Origin: Chara braunii
Lineage: Eukaryota; Plantae; Charophyceae
Length of the DNA: 64,000 nt
Direction of reading: 5' to 3'
NCBI GenBank assembly: GCA_003427395.1
Contig: BFEA01000027.1
Span: forward strand, 2,826,469-2,890,468
Shown here: positions 62,595 through 64,000 of the stretch, in pieces
Layout: every line of letters begins with the position of its first letter
How positions within the stretch are numbered: the first letter of the stretch is position 1
Notes under the pieces: generated by a model
Databases searched by the model: none
What the model saw: the letters and a program-made list of their open reading frames with translations, nothing else
Told to the model about the DNA's origin: nothing
Translations under genes and position numbers: made by a program

Positions 62595-62681
62595 GCGTGT
62601 CATCCTCGAAAGCGCAGGGGCCACGCTAATCTTGTCCAGGTTCTCAGTATCATTCCAGTTTCACCAGATGTCCCAAAGGCC
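62595..62681 (-). pseudogene. U6: Old degraded U6 snRNA retrocopy
   Basis: Plus strand GCGTGTCATCCT..GCGCAGGGGCCACGCTAATCTT..TCTCAGTATCATTCCA..GATGTCCC..AGG is antisense U6 with two small insertions. Flanked by TSD-like CAGCAT(AT)GCCGTTT. Confidence 0.8.
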
Positions 62682-63488
62682 CAGCATGCCGTTTTGATAG
62701 CACGCCAAACCCACATACCAAATGATTCCAACGAGTCAGTACAGGGATCAACGGCTGAAAGTGTCCTCGACCCCAAACCAAACGATTACGTCAAAAATTG
62801 TGTTCAGAGAAAAAAACAAACACAAGAAGTTTCGCATAGAATGGACTGTAAGGCAGAACAAAACAAAACAAAACAAAACAAAAAACTTTTGCCTAAACGT
62901 TTGTAAGCTTCGCCCCTCGCTTCCGGAAAAAGGGGAAAAAAAAGCCTAAACGTCGGGCAAAGCAGGACAAGGAAGGTATTGCAGTTGACGGGCGGTGGTT
63001 GAGCAAGCGATGGCAACCTGCAATCCATGCAAGAGCTCACGGGAGGCTAAACCTATGCCGTTCACTGCTCTTATTTCACGACGAGGGTATTTAGTGGACA
63101 CACGCAATATACGAACCAAACCTGAGCTCTCTTCCCGATCTTGCCGTCACAAAATGCTCTCTGGAAGCTAAAGTCTTTTTTTTTTCATACCAGAGTGCTT
63201 ACTCATGTCAAATTCTCCAAGGCGGTCCCCGCTTCACAAAATGGTCTTCAGTCGTCAATGTGAACAAAACATCAAAAGAGTGATTTCCCTCTTCGCGACG
63301 ATGGCGAGCCACGGTAGTTTTCAAGCACCTTCCTAGAGCTTTTCGTCTTCTTCTTCACAATTCATCGAAACGCAATGCACAAAAGAGTCAACTCCCAAAA
63401 AAAAAACAAAAAAAAAACTCCGAGAGTCTGAGGACTGACAAAAAAAATACAGCACAAACCAAAGACGGAGGTATTGCTGAGCTCAAAA

Positions 63489-63496
63489 CACACATA

Positions 63497-63557
<61 letters not shown>
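63489..63557. repeat. (CA)n microsatellite
   Basis: Direct reading. Similar runs at 47262-47368. Confidence 0.95.
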
Positions 63558-63561
<4 letters not shown>

Positions 63562-64000
63562 AGCACCACTGCCACAATCCACTCAACCGGATCCACCCGC
63601 AGGGACGACGAAATGCAATGCATGAAAAAAGAGTCAAAAAGAGTTAAAATTCCAAGGGCTCAAAAAACAAATTTTCAGCACAAACCCAAGTCCAAGGAAA
63701 TTGCTGGACGAGGAAGAAAAAAAGAAAAAAACAAGAGGAGCACCGCTGCCGAGATCCAATGAACCAGCCAGATCCAACGGCAGGGACTAACACAAGAATT
63801 GCACGCCGCCTCCGCCACTTCCTTGCTGTTACGCGCAACAGCTTATTAGCCAGTTTCCTTAACAGCTCCCGTTCTCAGAGTCTAGGAGAGAAAAGCAGAG
63901 GGCCTGCACACCCCCTCCTCCAGACTCTGGTCACATCCACGACCTCAATAAATCATTGTTGAAAGGCGGCGCATCACACCAGGTCCTGCTTGCTCTGGCC

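Overview
A repeat-rich eukaryotic window. The plant-type OST4, U6 and 25S rRNA sequences and the style of the retroelements suggest a streptophyte alga such as Chara (inference). About half of it (1786-33524) is one decayed Ty3/Gypsy LTR retrotransposon. It has ~5.6-kb LTRs, a tRNA-Asp PBS, gag-PR-RT-RNaseH-IN, and a 3' extra ORF that looks like a second, diverged Gag. A 7.6-kb solo LTR of a related family (21458-29058, TSD ACGG) is nested in its 3' LTR. The main discovery is that the LTRs of both families are partly built from captured, diverged, sense-oriented cellular RNAs. Both carry collinear 25S rRNA-derived segments; weaker 5.8S- and 18S-like segments sit upstream in native rDNA order in the outer LTR. 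The solo LTR also carries a near-complete U6 snRNA fused behind its 25S fragment. Three more U6-derived copies lie elsewhere in the window. The rest holds one clear host gene (OST4, 36 aa, missed by the ORF track), a hAT-type MITE, a cluster of ~110-bp TA-flanked MITEs, two LINE-like remnants, a cob NUMT, a tRNA-like SINE head and microsatellites. All homology calls were made by eye against remembered consensus sequences and need confirmation by search.
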